IMG/VR virus record: IMGVR_UViG_3300045988_069579
Location: 1-43,212 of that record
Reading direction: 5' to 3' (one strand)
DNA from: a virus
DNA length: 43,212 nucleotides
In this document: piece after piece, positions 25,808-34,255 of the stretch
Layout of the letters: the number at the start of each line of letters is the position of its first letter
How positions within the stretch are numbered: the first letter of the stretch is position 1
Notes under the pieces: generated by a model
Databases searched by the model: none
What the model was told of the DNA's origin: nothing
Seen by the model: only the letters and a program-made list of their open reading frames with translations
Position numbers and translations under genes: made by a program

Positions 25808-27202
25808 TTGACAACAATCATGATCGGCAAAGCGCTGGCGACGGTGACGGAGAACGAAACCTTGACCAGCGGCATGATAAATGCAAAGATAAAATTCGAG
25901 TTTTCAGCCGATTGGCATTCGGGAATAAGCAGAACCGCGATATTCACGGCAGGCGACGTTACAAAGGTCGTGCTCGACTCGTATTGGGAAAACAACGTCT
26001 GCTCCATTCCGCAGGAATGCCTTGAGAAAAGCGACGAGATACTCATGGTCGGCGTGTACGGTGCTGACAACGCCAACACGGTCGCGATACCTACGGTGTG
26101 GGCGACGGTCGGCAAGATACGCAAGGGCTATGAGGGCTATGAGGACGTATCGACCGGCACACTGCCCATCTGGGCGCAGGTGCAGTCGGCGGCGGCACAG
26201 TCGGCACAGGCGGCAAAGGACGCGCAGACAGCGGCAGAAACCGCACAGGGCAAAGCCGAGACTGCGCAGAATGCCGCGGAGACGGCACAGGCAGCAGCCG
26301 AGACCGCACAGGGCAAAGCGGAAACCGCGCAGAGCAAGGCAGAGACAGCACGAGATGCCGCAAAAACAGCTCAGGCAGCAGCGCAGGCCGCACAGGGCAA
26401 GGCTGAGACTGCCCAGAGCAAAGCCGAAGATGCGCAGAATGCCGCAGAGGCTTCCGCAACGGCGGCGGCAGAATACGAGAGCGGCGCAAAAAGCGCGGCG
26501 GCAACGGCGACGGCAGGCGGCAACATGGCCAAGAGCTGGGCTGTAGGCGGCACGGGAACGCGCGAGGGCGAGGATACCGACAACGCGAAGTATTGGGCTA
26601 AAGCGGCTCAGGGCGCGGCAGGCGGTGGCGTGACGAGCTTCAACGGGCGCTCGGGCGCTGTCGTACCCAAGAGCGGCGACTACACGGCGGCAATGGTCGG
26701 AGCAGACCCGCAGGGCACGGCAGAGACAAAGGCGGCCGAGGTGCAATCAAACCTCAACGCCCACGCATCGGACACGGTCAAGCACGTCACGGCAGCGGAG
26801 CGGAGCACGTGGAACAGTAAGGAGACCGGCGGCGCGGCAGCTAATGTGCAATCAAACCTCAACGCCCACGCATCGGACACGGTCAAGCATGTTACGGCCG
26901 AGGAACGAGCGGTGTGGAACGCCAAAGTGGCCAAGAGCACTAAGGTCAACACAACGCTGTATGCGTCGAGCTGGAGTACGGCGAAGAAATACACTCTCAG
27001 CAACGCCAACATCACTGCAACATCAGCGGTGGAGCTGCTGCCGAGAGAGAACAACGGCATAACACAGGCGCAGATGGAGGCGCTCAGCGGCGCGATGATC
27101 GTCGGCGGCACACAGGCAGCAGGCAGCATCCAGCTCGTCGCGCTGGGCGATAAGCCGACTATAGATATCCCGGTAACTATTATCATAAGGAGGGATTTAT
27201 AA
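25808..27202 (+). CDS. Tail fibre protein
   Basis: A TTG start sits 9 nt after AAAGGAGG. The sequence has AETAQ-type Ala-rich coiled-coil repeats, the FNGRSGAV..KSGDYT motif common in phage fibres, and a duplicated 35-aa unit (VQSNLNAHASDTVKHVTA.ER..WN.K). Confidence 0.75.
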   Translation: MTTIMIGKALATVTENETLTSGMINAKIKFEFSADWHSGISRTAIFTAGDVTKVVLDSYWENNVCSIPQECLEKSDEILMVGVYGADNANTVAIPTVWATVGKIRKGYEGYEDVSTGTLPIWAQVQSAAAQSAQAAKDAQTAAETAQGKAETAQNAAETAQAAAETAQGKAETAQSKAETARDAAKTAQAAAQAAQGKAETAQSKAEDAQNAAEASATAAAEYESGAKSAAATATAGGNMAKSWAVGGTGTREGEDTDNAKYWAKAAQGAAGGGVTSFNGRSGAVVPKSGDYTAAMVGADPQGTAETKAAEVQSNLNAHASDTVKHVTAAERSTWNSKETGGAAANVQSNLNAHASDTVKHVTAEERAVWNAKVAKSTKVNTTLYASSWSTAKKYTLSNANITATSAVELLPRENNGITQAQMEALSGAMIVGGTQAAGSIQLVALGDKPTIDIPVTIIIRRDL

Positions 27203-28515
27203 TGCCTCTTATCAATCACGCCGGCAGCGGCTCATCGTTTGCCGCTATCATACAGGTTATTTCTAATAAAGGCGCTACGTGCACGTGTTCGAATGGCGGT
27301 ACAACATTGACCGCAGTTGCAACCTCCGGTAATTGCTCATTCAAAGTGACGCGTAAGGGGACGTGGACTGTAACAGCAACACTTGGTGAAAATGTCAAGT
27401 CTGAAAATGTTGATATCTCAACAGATGGCGAATTTAAAAAGGTGGCGGTTTACGCAGTTCAGATATTTGGCATCAGCCGCGATATTACAAAACCATCACC
27501 GGTTTGGGCGAGAACGGATATAGCTGAATCGTTTACGGCTACTGCCTCCATCGGCGTAGTTGCCGGGGCAAGTGATTTTGACGATTATTACCCTTGGAGT
27601 GACATCACACGTGAAACGCTATCAACCGGCGATGTAATGGTAAAAATACCGAAATTTTGGTATAAGCGGTACAGAGAAGGCGATATAGAATACATAAAAA
27701 TTGCTGGGAGCGAACTGGAAGGGTTTACATTGCACCCTGCCTTTAATCACGCAAATAGTCCAAAAGACTGCGTTTATGTTGGTGCTTACAAGACTTCTTC
27801 TGACAAGTTATCTAAAAGCAATGCAGAACCGACTACGCAGCGCAGCCGAGCATCATTTAGGAGCTCTGCGAAAACGAAAGGCACTGGTTGGCAGATCCTC
27901 GATATATCTACATTATCTGCGATTCAAATGTTAATTCTTGTTGAGTTCGCAAATAATGATGTGCAGACATCTATAGGAGCAGGCTATTCCAATTCTCCAA
28001 ATACTAGCAGTTTTTATGATGCGCAACGCACCGGCAGCTGTGACAATGTACCAAACCTTACTGGACGTCCAGCGGGTACTGCTGACCAAGTCGATGTGGT
28101 TTGGCGTGGCCTTGAGGGCCTGTGGGGAAACACGTTTGAAAGTGTAGATGGTGTGAATGCCCATAATAACGCGTATTATGTATGCAATGATCCATCTAAA
28201 TATGCGGATGACACTTCAACAGATTATTCGCTACTTTCTTACGAACATGCGGGTAATTGGAGTGGCGAATTTATTGAACAAGTAGGGCTTGATATCGGCG
28301 ACAATGTACATGTTATGCTGCCCCAAACCCAAGGAGGCAGTTCATCGTCTTTCATGTGCGACTGCTGCTATTCAGCGTCCGGTTGGGTAACTGTTTCAGT
28401 AAGTGGAGGGTGGACTTCAAAAACTGCTTGCGGTTTGTTTACTGCCGCTTTAAATATATCTAGCTCGACATATTCAAATGCGTCCGGCTCGCGCTTAGTC
28501 TATATACCACAATAA
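27202..28515 (+). CDS. Second tail fibre / receptor-binding protein candidate
   Basis: A 437-aa ORF with an AAGGAGGG SD, directly after the fibre gene. It looks visibly more AT-rich than its neighbours. I am not confident of any family. Confidence 0.5.
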   Translation: MPLINHAGSGSSFAAIIQVISNKGATCTCSNGGTTLTAVATSGNCSFKVTRKGTWTVTATLGENVKSENVDISTDGEFKKVAVYAVQIFGISRDITKPSPVWARTDIAESFTATASIGVVAGASDFDDYYPWSDITRETLSTGDVMVKIPKFWYKRYREGDIEYIKIAGSELEGFTLHPAFNHANSPKDCVYVGAYKTSSDKLSKSNAEPTTQRSRASFRSSAKTKGTGWQILDISTLSAIQMLILVEFANNDVQTSIGAGYSNSPNTSSFYDAQRTGSCDNVPNLTGRPAGTADQVDVVWRGLEGLWGNTFESVDGVNAHNNAYYVCNDPSKYADDTSTDYSLLSYEHAGNWSGEFIEQVGLDIGDNVHVMLPQTQGGSSSSFMCDCCYSASGWVTVSVSGGWTSKTACGLFTAALNISSSTYSNASGSRLVYIPQ

Positions 28516-28527
28516 GGAGGCAGCATC

Positions 28528-28878
28528 ATGAGAGTACAAGGCAATGCTTCACCGGCGGCGGTCACGGTAGAAAGCTACTGGCCGATGCCGGGATATGCAG
28601 AAATTCGACTGCATGAAAACATAAAGAATATCACGCCGACAGATGTTGAAAACCCCACGCCGCTGTTTGAATACGACGAATATGTTATCCATGTCAAGGA
28701 AAAGGACGGCTTGCAGGCGAAAATCGAAAGCAATCTTAACGATTGGCTGGCGACGGGTAGAATGCTCGAAGTCAACGAGAACGCAAGTGTTGTACAGGAT
28801 ATGAGAACCGAGCTGAAAAACGCCGTGAGTACCGGCGACCTTGAGGCGGCCTACAGAGAAGGAGTAAACAGCATATGA
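28528..28878 (+). CDS. Hypothetical tail-associated protein
   Basis: A 116-aa ORF with an AAGGAGG SD. Confidence 0.5.
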   Translation: MRVQGNASPAAVTVESYWPMPGYAEIRLHENIKNITPTDVENPTPLFEYDEYVIHVKEKDGLQAKIESNLNDWLATGRMLEVNENASVVQDMRTELKNAVSTGDLEAAYREGVNSI

Positions 28879-29315
28879 CGAAGACAGAGGCCATGACCAA
28901 AATGAAGGAAAAGGGCGCGGACGATGCGCTCAATCTGCGCGGACGCGCAAGCACGATGGACGGCACGGCGATAATCGCGGAGGAAAGCAAAGTGCCGGAC
29001 TTCGACGCGACGAAAGACTATAGCGCATGCCCTGTGGGAACGCCGGTGGCCGACGAGGGTCAGGTGTGGAAGCTTATCCAGCCCTATAACGCGGCAAACT
29101 ACAGCGGCAGACCGTCCACTCTGCGCGCGCTGTGGGGGCTGTGTCACACGACCGACCCGGCCAAGGCTAAAGCATGGGTAGACCCTCTCGGAACGAGCGG
29201 CATGTACATGACCGGCGAATGCTACAAGGCCGCAGACGGCAAGGTGTATCGCTGCAAACAGGATAACTGCGTTTACGACGTGGCCGCGCTGCCAAGCGCG
29301 TGGGAGGAAGCGTAG
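28875..29315 (+). CDS. Hypothetical protein with W/Y/C-rich C-terminus (possible carbohydrate-binding module)
   Basis: The start forms an ATGA overlap. WVDPLGTSGMYMTGECYKAADGKVYRCKQDNCVYDVAALPSAWEE resembles CBM5/12-like motifs. This call is tentative. Confidence 0.45.
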   Translation: MTKTEAMTKMKEKGADDALNLRGRASTMDGTAIIAEESKVPDFDATKDYSACPVGTPVADEGQVWKLIQPYNAANYSGRPSTLRALWGLCHTTDPAKAKAWVDPLGTSGMYMTGECYKAADGKVYRCKQDNCVYDVAALPSAWEEA

Positions 29316-29518
29316 CTTGTGACCGGCATTAATGCCGTTTGCAATACTGCCCCCTGCCGTTCGGGGACTTATAAATAGGCGGCTTGAAAAAAGAAAACTG
29401 CGGCGGCTCAGTTTAGATAGACAGCACAAGCCCCAAAAAAGAATAGCTATCCTTGAAGATTTACAACCGCCACAAATTGAAGAACATCTCGTAGGGCGCG
29501 AGATGGGTAAAATAAAAA

Positions 29519-30256
29519 ATGCCCACCGAGATGATAAAGGACGGTGATTTTTCAACCATGAACATTACCCCAAAACAGGTGCTCACACTTGCGGCAAAGT
29601 ACATAGGCTATAAGGAAAAGGCATCGGACAAGGACTTATACAGCTTTGAAGGCAATGCCGGGCGAGGCAACTTCACGATGTTTCAGGCCGAGCTTGACAA
29701 GGCGAAGTTCTGGAACACGCCAAAGAACGGCTATGAATGGTGCACAAGCTTTATAGCGTGGTGCTTCTGGCGCATTGCCGGGAGCGAGGCAAAGGATATT
29801 CTGTGCCTTACCGGGCCATACGGCGCAAGCTGCGTGAGCTGGGCGAAGTATTACGCAGGACAGGCGAGGCTTTTCACCAAGCCGCAGGTGGGCGACCAGT
29901 ATTTTCAGCGCGACAGCCGCGACGGGCTTCCCTGCCACACGGGCATTGTCGAAAGCGTAAACGGCAACACGTTCGTTACCATAGAGGGCAACTACGGCAA
30001 CGCCGTGCAGCGCGTTACCCGGTATCTCGGCAGCACGGTCTACGGCTTTGGCAGACCGAAATATACAGCAGAAAGCGAGGATGAAGAAATGGTCAGATGG
30101 AACAAAATCGAGGATGTGCCGGAGGGCTTTTACCGCGACACCGTCAGGCAGCTTATGCACGACGGCATAATCAAGGGCAAGGGCGACGGCGTGGTTGACC
30201 TGACCGAGGACATGCTAAGGACGATAATTTTTTGCGAGAGGATAATTAAAAAATAA
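29519..30256 (+). CDS. Endolysin, CHAP-domain peptidoglycan hydrolase
   Basis: GYEWCTSFIAWCF carries the catalytic Cys and CHTGIVESV...TIEGN carries the His, matching the CHAP pattern. The true start may be ATG 29558 (MNITPKQVLTLAAKYIGYKEK). No start has a clear SD. Confidence 0.8.
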   Translation: MPTEMIKDGDFSTMNITPKQVLTLAAKYIGYKEKASDKDLYSFEGNAGRGNFTMFQAELDKAKFWNTPKNGYEWCTSFIAWCFWRIAGSEAKDILCLTGPYGASCVSWAKYYAGQARLFTKPQVGDQYFQRDSRDGLPCHTGIVESVNGNTFVTIEGNYGNAVQRVTRYLGSTVYGFGRPKYTAESEDEEMVRWNKIEDVPEGFYRDTVRQLMHDGIIKGKGDGVVDLTEDMLRTIIFCERIIKK

Positions 30257-30489
30257 TGGTTGAAAGTGTAGTCGTAGCTATCATAACCGGCGTGCTGACG
30301 CTTATCGGCGTTATTATCAGCAATAACAAATCACAGGCGGTCATGGAAGAGCGCGTGGATGAGCTGACACGAGAGGTCAGGGAGCACAACAAGTTTGCAA
30401 AGCGTATGCCTGTGGTAGTGGAACAGATTAAGGTAATCAACCATCGCATAAGCGATCTTGAAAACGACATGAAAAATCATCATCATTAA
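30256..30489 (+). CDS. xhlA: XhlA-like membrane protein (lysis accessory)
   Basis: It has an N-terminal TM helix (VVVAIITGVLTLIGVIIS) followed by a coiled coil. It sits between the endolysin and the holin. Confidence 0.5.
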   Translation: MVESVVVAIITGVLTLIGVIISNNKSQAVMEERVDELTREVREHNKFAKRMPVVVEQIKVINHRISDLENDMKNHHH

Positions 30490-30503
30490 CAGGAGGCACA
30501 TTT

Positions 30504-30767
30504 ATGAAAATCAACTGGACTGTAAGACTTAAAAACAAAACCTTTTGGCTCGCGCTCGTTCCGGCGGTGCTGCTGCTTATTCAGGTAGTGGCGGCTGTGT
30601 TCGGCATCGATCTCAAGCTTGACGCGCTGGGAGATAAGCTGCTGGCCGTTGTAAACGCGCTGTTCGCGGTGCTTACCATTCTCGGCGTAGTCACAGACCC
30701 GACAACCGCCGGAGTGAGCGACAGCAAGCAGGCTATGGAGTACGATAAGCCGAAGTGTGATAAATGA
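30504..30767 (+). CDS. Holin (phi LC3-type)
   Basis: INWTVRLKNKTFWLALVPAVLLLIQ ... GVVTDPTTAGVSDSKQAMEY matches the LC3-family holin signature. There are two TM helices. Confidence 0.75.
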   Translation: MKINWTVRLKNKTFWLALVPAVLLLIQVVAAVFGIDLKLDALGDKLLAVVNALFAVLTILGVVTDPTTAGVSDSKQAMEYDKPKCDK

Positions 30768-31012
30768 CACAGGCGCGATTACGGCTCAGGCCGGACATGG
30801 CAATGCTGCCGCGCGAGAAGTGGGATGAGCTTATATACAGTTCCAACCTCGGGCGCGAGGGCAGCAGGATAGCGGATTTGTATTTCATTCAGCAAATTCC
30901 GCAGATAGACATAGCAGAAGAAATAGGGCTTGACCGAAAAACCGTCGGTAAACGAATAACAACGGCGCGAACAAAGCTCGAGTATAATTACGAGCGGTTT
31001 TTCAAAAGCTGA
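30764..31012 (+). CDS. Sigma-70 region-4-like HTH protein (82 aa)
   Basis: ADLYFIQQIPQIDIAEEIGLDRKTVGKRITTARTKL resembles sigma region 4 / LuxR-type HTH. The start forms an ATGA overlap with the holin gene. Confidence 0.5.
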   Translation: MTQARLRLRPDMAMLPREKWDELIYSSNLGREGSRIADLYFIQQIPQIDIAEEIGLDRKTVGKRITTARTKLEYNYERFFKS

Positions 31013-31038
31013 GAGGAGGCAAGACCTCCTCTTTTTTT
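31011..31038 (+). terminator. Rho-independent terminator ending the late operon
   Basis: The stem gaggagg / cctcctc has a 5-nt loop and is followed by T7. Confidence 0.8.
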
Positions 31039-31124
31039 ACGCCCATTTTCCCCATAACACGGACATTAGTTTCCCCCTTGAAAAACGAAAAAGCATTAAG
31101 CTTTAGGTACAAGGAGGCGGCGAA

Positions 31125-31502
31125 ATGTTCGTGTTTTTTAATCCTAATCCGGGTGCTAAGCGCGTCGGCGATTGCGCAGTGAGAGCAATTGCAAAAGCAA
31201 TGGGAACGGACTGGGAAAAGACCTATCTCGCTTTGTGCGTTGAAGGTCTGAGAGCGCACGACATGCCCTCGGGAAACAGCGTCTGGGGAAGTTACCTCAA
31301 AGCCAACGGCTTTAGACAGCGCATACTGCCGGATGCTTGCCCGGAGTGCTACACAGTCGCCGCCTTCGCCGATGAACATCCGCACGGCGTTTATGTCCTT
31401 GCACTGTCCGGGCACGTCGTGGCCGTCGTAAACGGCGATTACTACGACACGTGGGACAGCGGCGAGGAAGTGCCGGTTTATTACTTTGAAAGAGAGGATT
31501 AA
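31125..31502 (+). CDS. Conserved cargo protein with possible papain-like Cys/His/Asp arrangement
   Basis: An AAGGAGG SD precedes the start. The motifs GDCAVRA ... SGHVVAVV ... DTWDSG suggest this arrangement. The function is unknown. Confidence 0.5.
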   Translation: MFVFFNPNPGAKRVGDCAVRAIAKAMGTDWEKTYLALCVEGLRAHDMPSGNSVWGSYLKANGFRQRILPDACPECYTVAAFADEHPHGVYVLALSGHVVAVVNGDYYDTWDSGEEVPVYYFERED

Positions 31503-31504
31503 TC

Positions 31505-31876
31505 ATGGCTTACGGTTACGGCAACATGTATGGGCAACCATATTATCAGCCGCCTATGATGGACAACCTCGCGCAGATGCGAGCACAGCAGCAGCCTGCA
31601 CAGCAGGGCATGATCTGGGTGCAGGGAGAGGCGGCAGGTAAAGCGTATTTAGTAGCTGCCGGAAACACTGTTCCGCTTTGGGACAGCGAACGGCAAACGA
31701 TCTATCTTAAATCCGTTGACGCGGCAGGCATGCCGACTATGCGCATTCTTGACTACACGGAACGAGCGCAGAGCGCACCGGCTCAGCCGACTGCGGACTA
31801 TGTGACCCGGGCGGAGTATGAGACACTTGTAAAGCAGGTCGCGGCGCTTATGCCGAAGGAGGTAAGCAATGAGTAA
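31505..31876 (+). CDS. Hypothetical protein, Y/G/Q/P-rich N-terminus plus beta-rich domain
   Basis: A 123-aa ORF containing MIWVQGEAAGKAYLVAAGNTVPLWDSERQTIYLKS. Confidence 0.5.
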   Translation: MAYGYGNMYGQPYYQPPMMDNLAQMRAQQQPAQQGMIWVQGEAAGKAYLVAAGNTVPLWDSERQTIYLKSVDAAGMPTMRILDYTERAQSAPAQPTADYVTRAEYETLVKQVAALMPKEVSNE

Positions 31877-32075
31877 TCCTTTGTTTGAAGCTCTCGGCGG
31901 CGGAGTTAATCCGCAGTTTCAGCAGCTCGTGCAGCGCTTTCAGCAATTTAAAAGCACGTTTCAGGGAGACCCACAACAGGAAGTGCAAAAAATGCTTCAA
32001 AGCGGAAAGATAACACAGCAGCAGCTCAATCAGGCGCAGAGCTTTGCGCAACAGTTCCAGGCGCTTATGAAGTAG
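31869..32075 (+). CDS. Hypothetical Gln-rich helical protein (68 aa)
   Basis: An AAGGAGG SD precedes the start, and the ORF overlaps the previous gene. Confidence 0.5.
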   Translation: MSNPLFEALGGGVNPQFQQLVQRFQQFKSTFQGDPQQEVQKMLQSGKITQQQLNQAQSFAQQFQALMK

Positions 32076-32130
32076 GTACATTTTATCCGGCCGGGTATTT
32101 GTAAATACATATCGAAAGGAAAACTAAACA

Positions 32131-32853
32131 ATGGCGATTTCTTCTGATGCGCCGGTAATGACCATGCCGGTTGCACCAACCTCGGCAAACGGTGGCTTCG
32201 GCGGTTTTGGCGGTGATGGATGGTGGATAATCCTCTTTTTCATCGTGCTTTTCGGCTGGGGCGGCAACGGCTGGGGCGGTAACAATGGCGGAGTGATGGA
32301 CGGATACGTTCTGACTTCCGACTTTGCAAACATCGAGCGAAAGCTTGACAACGTTAACAACGGCCTGTGTGACGGCTTCTATGCCATGAACACGGGAATG
32401 CTTAACGGCTTTGCCGGTGTCACTCAGGCGGTCACAAACGGCTTCTACGCTTCCGAGCTGTCGCGCTGCAATCAGCAGGCCGCACTTATGCAGCAGCTGA
32501 ACGCAATGCAGATGCAGGCTCAGGAGTGCTGCTGCGAGAACCGCGCGGCAATTGCTCAGGTGCGTTATGATATGGCAACGCAGGCTTGCGATACTCGCAA
32601 CACTGTGCAGAACGCAACACGCGACATTATCGACAACGCAAACAGCAACAGCAAGGCAATTCTCGATTTCCTCGTCAACAGCAAGATGCAGGATTTGCAG
32701 ACCGAGAACCAGAATCTCAAGCTTGCGGCTTCGCAGGCTGCGCAGAACAATTACCTCGTATCTCAGCTGCGGCCTTGCCCGACTCCGGCTTACATCACAT
32801 GTAACCCTTGGGCTTCGTCTGCACCCTGCGGGGCATGCGGTAGCTGCGCATAA
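32131..32853 (+). CDS. Gly/Trp-rich membrane-anchored protein with Cys-rich C-terminus
   Basis: GGFGGFGGDGWWIILFFIVLFGWGGNGWGG marks the TM anchor. It is followed by a Q/N-rich coiled coil, a CCC motif, and a C-terminal CPTPAYITCNPWASSAPCGACGSCA. Confidence 0.6.
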   Translation: MAISSDAPVMTMPVAPTSANGGFGGFGGDGWWIILFFIVLFGWGGNGWGGNNGGVMDGYVLTSDFANIERKLDNVNNGLCDGFYAMNTGMLNGFAGVTQAVTNGFYASELSRCNQQAALMQQLNAMQMQAQECCCENRAAIAQVRYDMATQACDTRNTVQNATRDIIDNANSNSKAILDFLVNSKMQDLQTENQNLKLAASQAAQNNYLVSQLRPCPTPAYITCNPWASSAPCGACGSCA

Positions 32854-32921
32854 CAAATCTCATAGTTTAGCTTTTTCGTGACTTTACGAAAATGTTCGGC
32901 CTTTACCGATACTAACGATAA

Positions 32922-32953
32922 GCGGTGGGGCGCATAGCCTCACCGCATTTCTT
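32922..32953 (+). terminator. Hairpin with weak T-tract (possible terminator)
   Basis: A 9-bp stem (gcggtgggg / cctcaccgc, one G-U pair) is followed by atttctt. Confidence 0.4.
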
Positions 32954-32970
32954 ATGAAAGGACTGATTAT

Positions 32971-33186
32971 ATGGCAACTTGCAAAGAACTCAAAGAAAAA
33001 TTCATTGACTACCTTATAGATGTAGATCTTGACACGCTCGATGTAAGCGAACTTAACACTTTCGCGTATATCATCAAGACTGTCAACGAAACAGAAAAAG
33101 GCGATTACTTTGAAAACATGATAAAAACCATGTCGCTGTCGATGCCTTTCGGTATCGCCGGAAAGGAGAGCGAAAACGATGGCTGA
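32971..33186 (+). CDS. Hypothetical acidic helical protein (71 aa)
   Basis: A GAAAGGA SD precedes the start, and the ORF is operonic with the next gene. Confidence 0.5.
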   Translation: MATCKELKEKFIDYLIDVDLDTLDVSELNTFAYIIKTVNETEKGDYFENMIKTMSLSMPFGIAGKESENDG

Positions 33187-33601
33187 ATTTACGAACTCAA
33201 ACATCGTGACCGTAGCAGCCGGGCAGAACGTACCTCTTACCGAGACTGCGGTAGCCGGTAATTGCAGCATAGTGCACCGCGAGGGCGCAGGCATTGTTAC
33301 GCTCAGAGGCCTCACAAACCAGTGCAGAGCGCGTTATCGTGTTGCCTTTGGCGCGAATATAGCCATACCTACCGGCGGCACCGTGGAGGCGATCACGGCC
33401 GCTTTAGCGATAAACGGCGAACCGCTTACCAGTGCGACGGCAACGATAACACCGGCTGCGGTTGAGAATTATTTTAATATCTACGTTGCCGCAAATGTAA
33501 ACGTACCGCGCGATTGCTGCCTCACTGTAGCAGCAGAGAACACGAGCGGTCAGGCAGTCAACTTTGCAAATGCAAATCTTATAGTTGACAGAATAGCGTG
33601 A
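33179..33601 (+). CDS. Beta-sandwich protein resembling BclA C-terminal / C1q-TNF-like domains (tentative)
   Basis: A 140-aa ORF with alternating beta-strand pattern (VTVAAGQNVPL, IVTLRG, YRVAFGANIAIP, LAINGEPL, NIYVAANVNV, CCLTVAAENTS, ANLIVDRIA). Confidence 0.45.
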   Translation: MAEFTNSNIVTVAAGQNVPLTETAVAGNCSIVHREGAGIVTLRGLTNQCRARYRVAFGANIAIPTGGTVEAITAALAINGEPLTSATATITPAAVENYFNIYVAANVNVPRDCCLTVAAENTSGQAVNFANANLIVDRIA

Positions 33602-33614
33602 AGGGAGCAATAAC

Positions 33615-33995
33615 ATGAGTATGAGAACACTTGAAAGACTGCGCGATATGCTTTGCGAGGAACTCGACAGCATTGCAGAACAGGGCGAATTAAACGTTGG
33701 CGCGCTTGACATTATCGACAAGCTTGTGCACAGCATCAAGAACATCGACAAGATCTGCATGAGCGACGGATACAGCCGCAGATGGGACGCTGAGGGCTTT
33801 ATGCGAGGCAACAGCTACAAGCGCGACAGCATGGGGCGTTATAGCCGGGATGACGGATATAGCCGCAGAAATTACAGCCGCGCCGATGAGAGCGAGCACG
33901 CTATAGAACAGCTCGAAGAGATGCTAAAAACCGCAGGCGGCGAGAGCGAACACATGGCAATCAAGAAAGCAATAAGCATCCTCAAAAACGCATAA
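33615..33995 (+). CDS. Hypothetical protein with Y/S/R-rich central repeats (GYSRR, YSRD)
   Basis: A 126-aa ORF with a GAAGGGAG SD and helical ends. Confidence 0.5.
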   Translation: MSMRTLERLRDMLCEELDSIAEQGELNVGALDIIDKLVHSIKNIDKICMSDGYSRRWDAEGFMRGNSYKRDSMGRYSRDDGYSRRNYSRADESEHAIEQLEEMLKTAGGESEHMAIKKAISILKNA

Positions 33996-33999
33996 CAAA

Positions 34000-34022
34000 G
34001 TTGTCGTAAATTTTGACGTAAA
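34000..34022 (+). repeat. 23-nt direct repeat, copy 1 (candidate integrase arm site)
   Basis: gttgtcgtaaattttgacgtaaa is identical at 34000-34022 and 34230-34252. Each copy contains CGTAAA twice, 11 nt apart. Confidence 0.8.
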
Positions 34023-34118
34023 ATTGCAAGTTAAAACGTGTATATCTACGTTAATTTTTGTATGATTACGTTAGAAAATATACGGCGCAAAAACGCCGCA
34101 AACCATTGATAAACAAAG

Positions 34119-34159
34119 AAAATCCCGAAGTTTCAACGACTTCGGGATTTTCTCTTTTT
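34119..34159. terminator. Bidirectional intrinsic terminator
   Basis: A 12-bp stem (aaaatcccgaag / cttcgggatttt) is flanked by T-rich tracts on both strands. Confidence 0.75.
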
Positions 34160-34195
34160 GGCACGCCGTAAGGGATTCGAACCTTTGCGGTGGAG
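34159..34195 (-). other. attP core candidate: 3' fragment of a tRNA gene (T arm, acceptor, CCA)
   Basis: The minus strand reads ...aaaggttcgaatcccttacggcgtgcca. That gives a TTCGAAT T-loop, the 7-nt acceptor 3' strand, the discriminator base and CCA. No matching 5' acceptor strand lies upstream. Confidence 0.55.
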
Positions 34196-34229
34196 CGAAA
34201 AAGCATTGATAATGCTGTACTTTTGCGGT

Positions 34230-34252
34230 GTTGTCGTAAATTTTGACGTAAA
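34230..34252 (+). repeat. 23-nt direct repeat, copy 2 (candidate integrase arm site)
   Basis: It is identical to 34000-34022. A third partial copy, ttgtcgtaaaaat, lies at 34274-34286. Confidence 0.8.
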
Positions 34253-34255
34253 CTA

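Noticed and set aside
25904-26746. A 280-aa minus-strand ORF and a 174-aa alternative + frame ORF (26022-26546) within the fibre gene
   Set aside because: Both translate the GC-rich AETAQ repeat DNA into Arg/Cys/Leu or Arg/Pro/Gln low-complexity strings. There are no translation signals. The fibre frame has recognisable fibre motifs.
27202-28515. A diversity-generating retroelement targeting the second fibre gene
   Set aside because: I could find no reverse transcriptase gene and no template or variable repeat pair near the 3' end of either fibre gene.
29332-29547. A 71-aa ORF in the gap upstream of the endolysin gene
   Set aside because: The product is highly basic and low-complexity (RRLEKRKLRRLSLDRQHKPQKR), and there is no SD. 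The 240-nt gap is more likely regulatory or untranslated. I could not identify a convincing promoter or riboswitch in it.
34159-34216. A complete tRNA gene on the minus strand next to int
   Set aside because: Only the T arm, the acceptor 3' strand and CCA are present. The would-be anticodon stem does not pair, and no 5' acceptor strand (acgccgt) occurs upstream. I interpret it as an attP core fragment.
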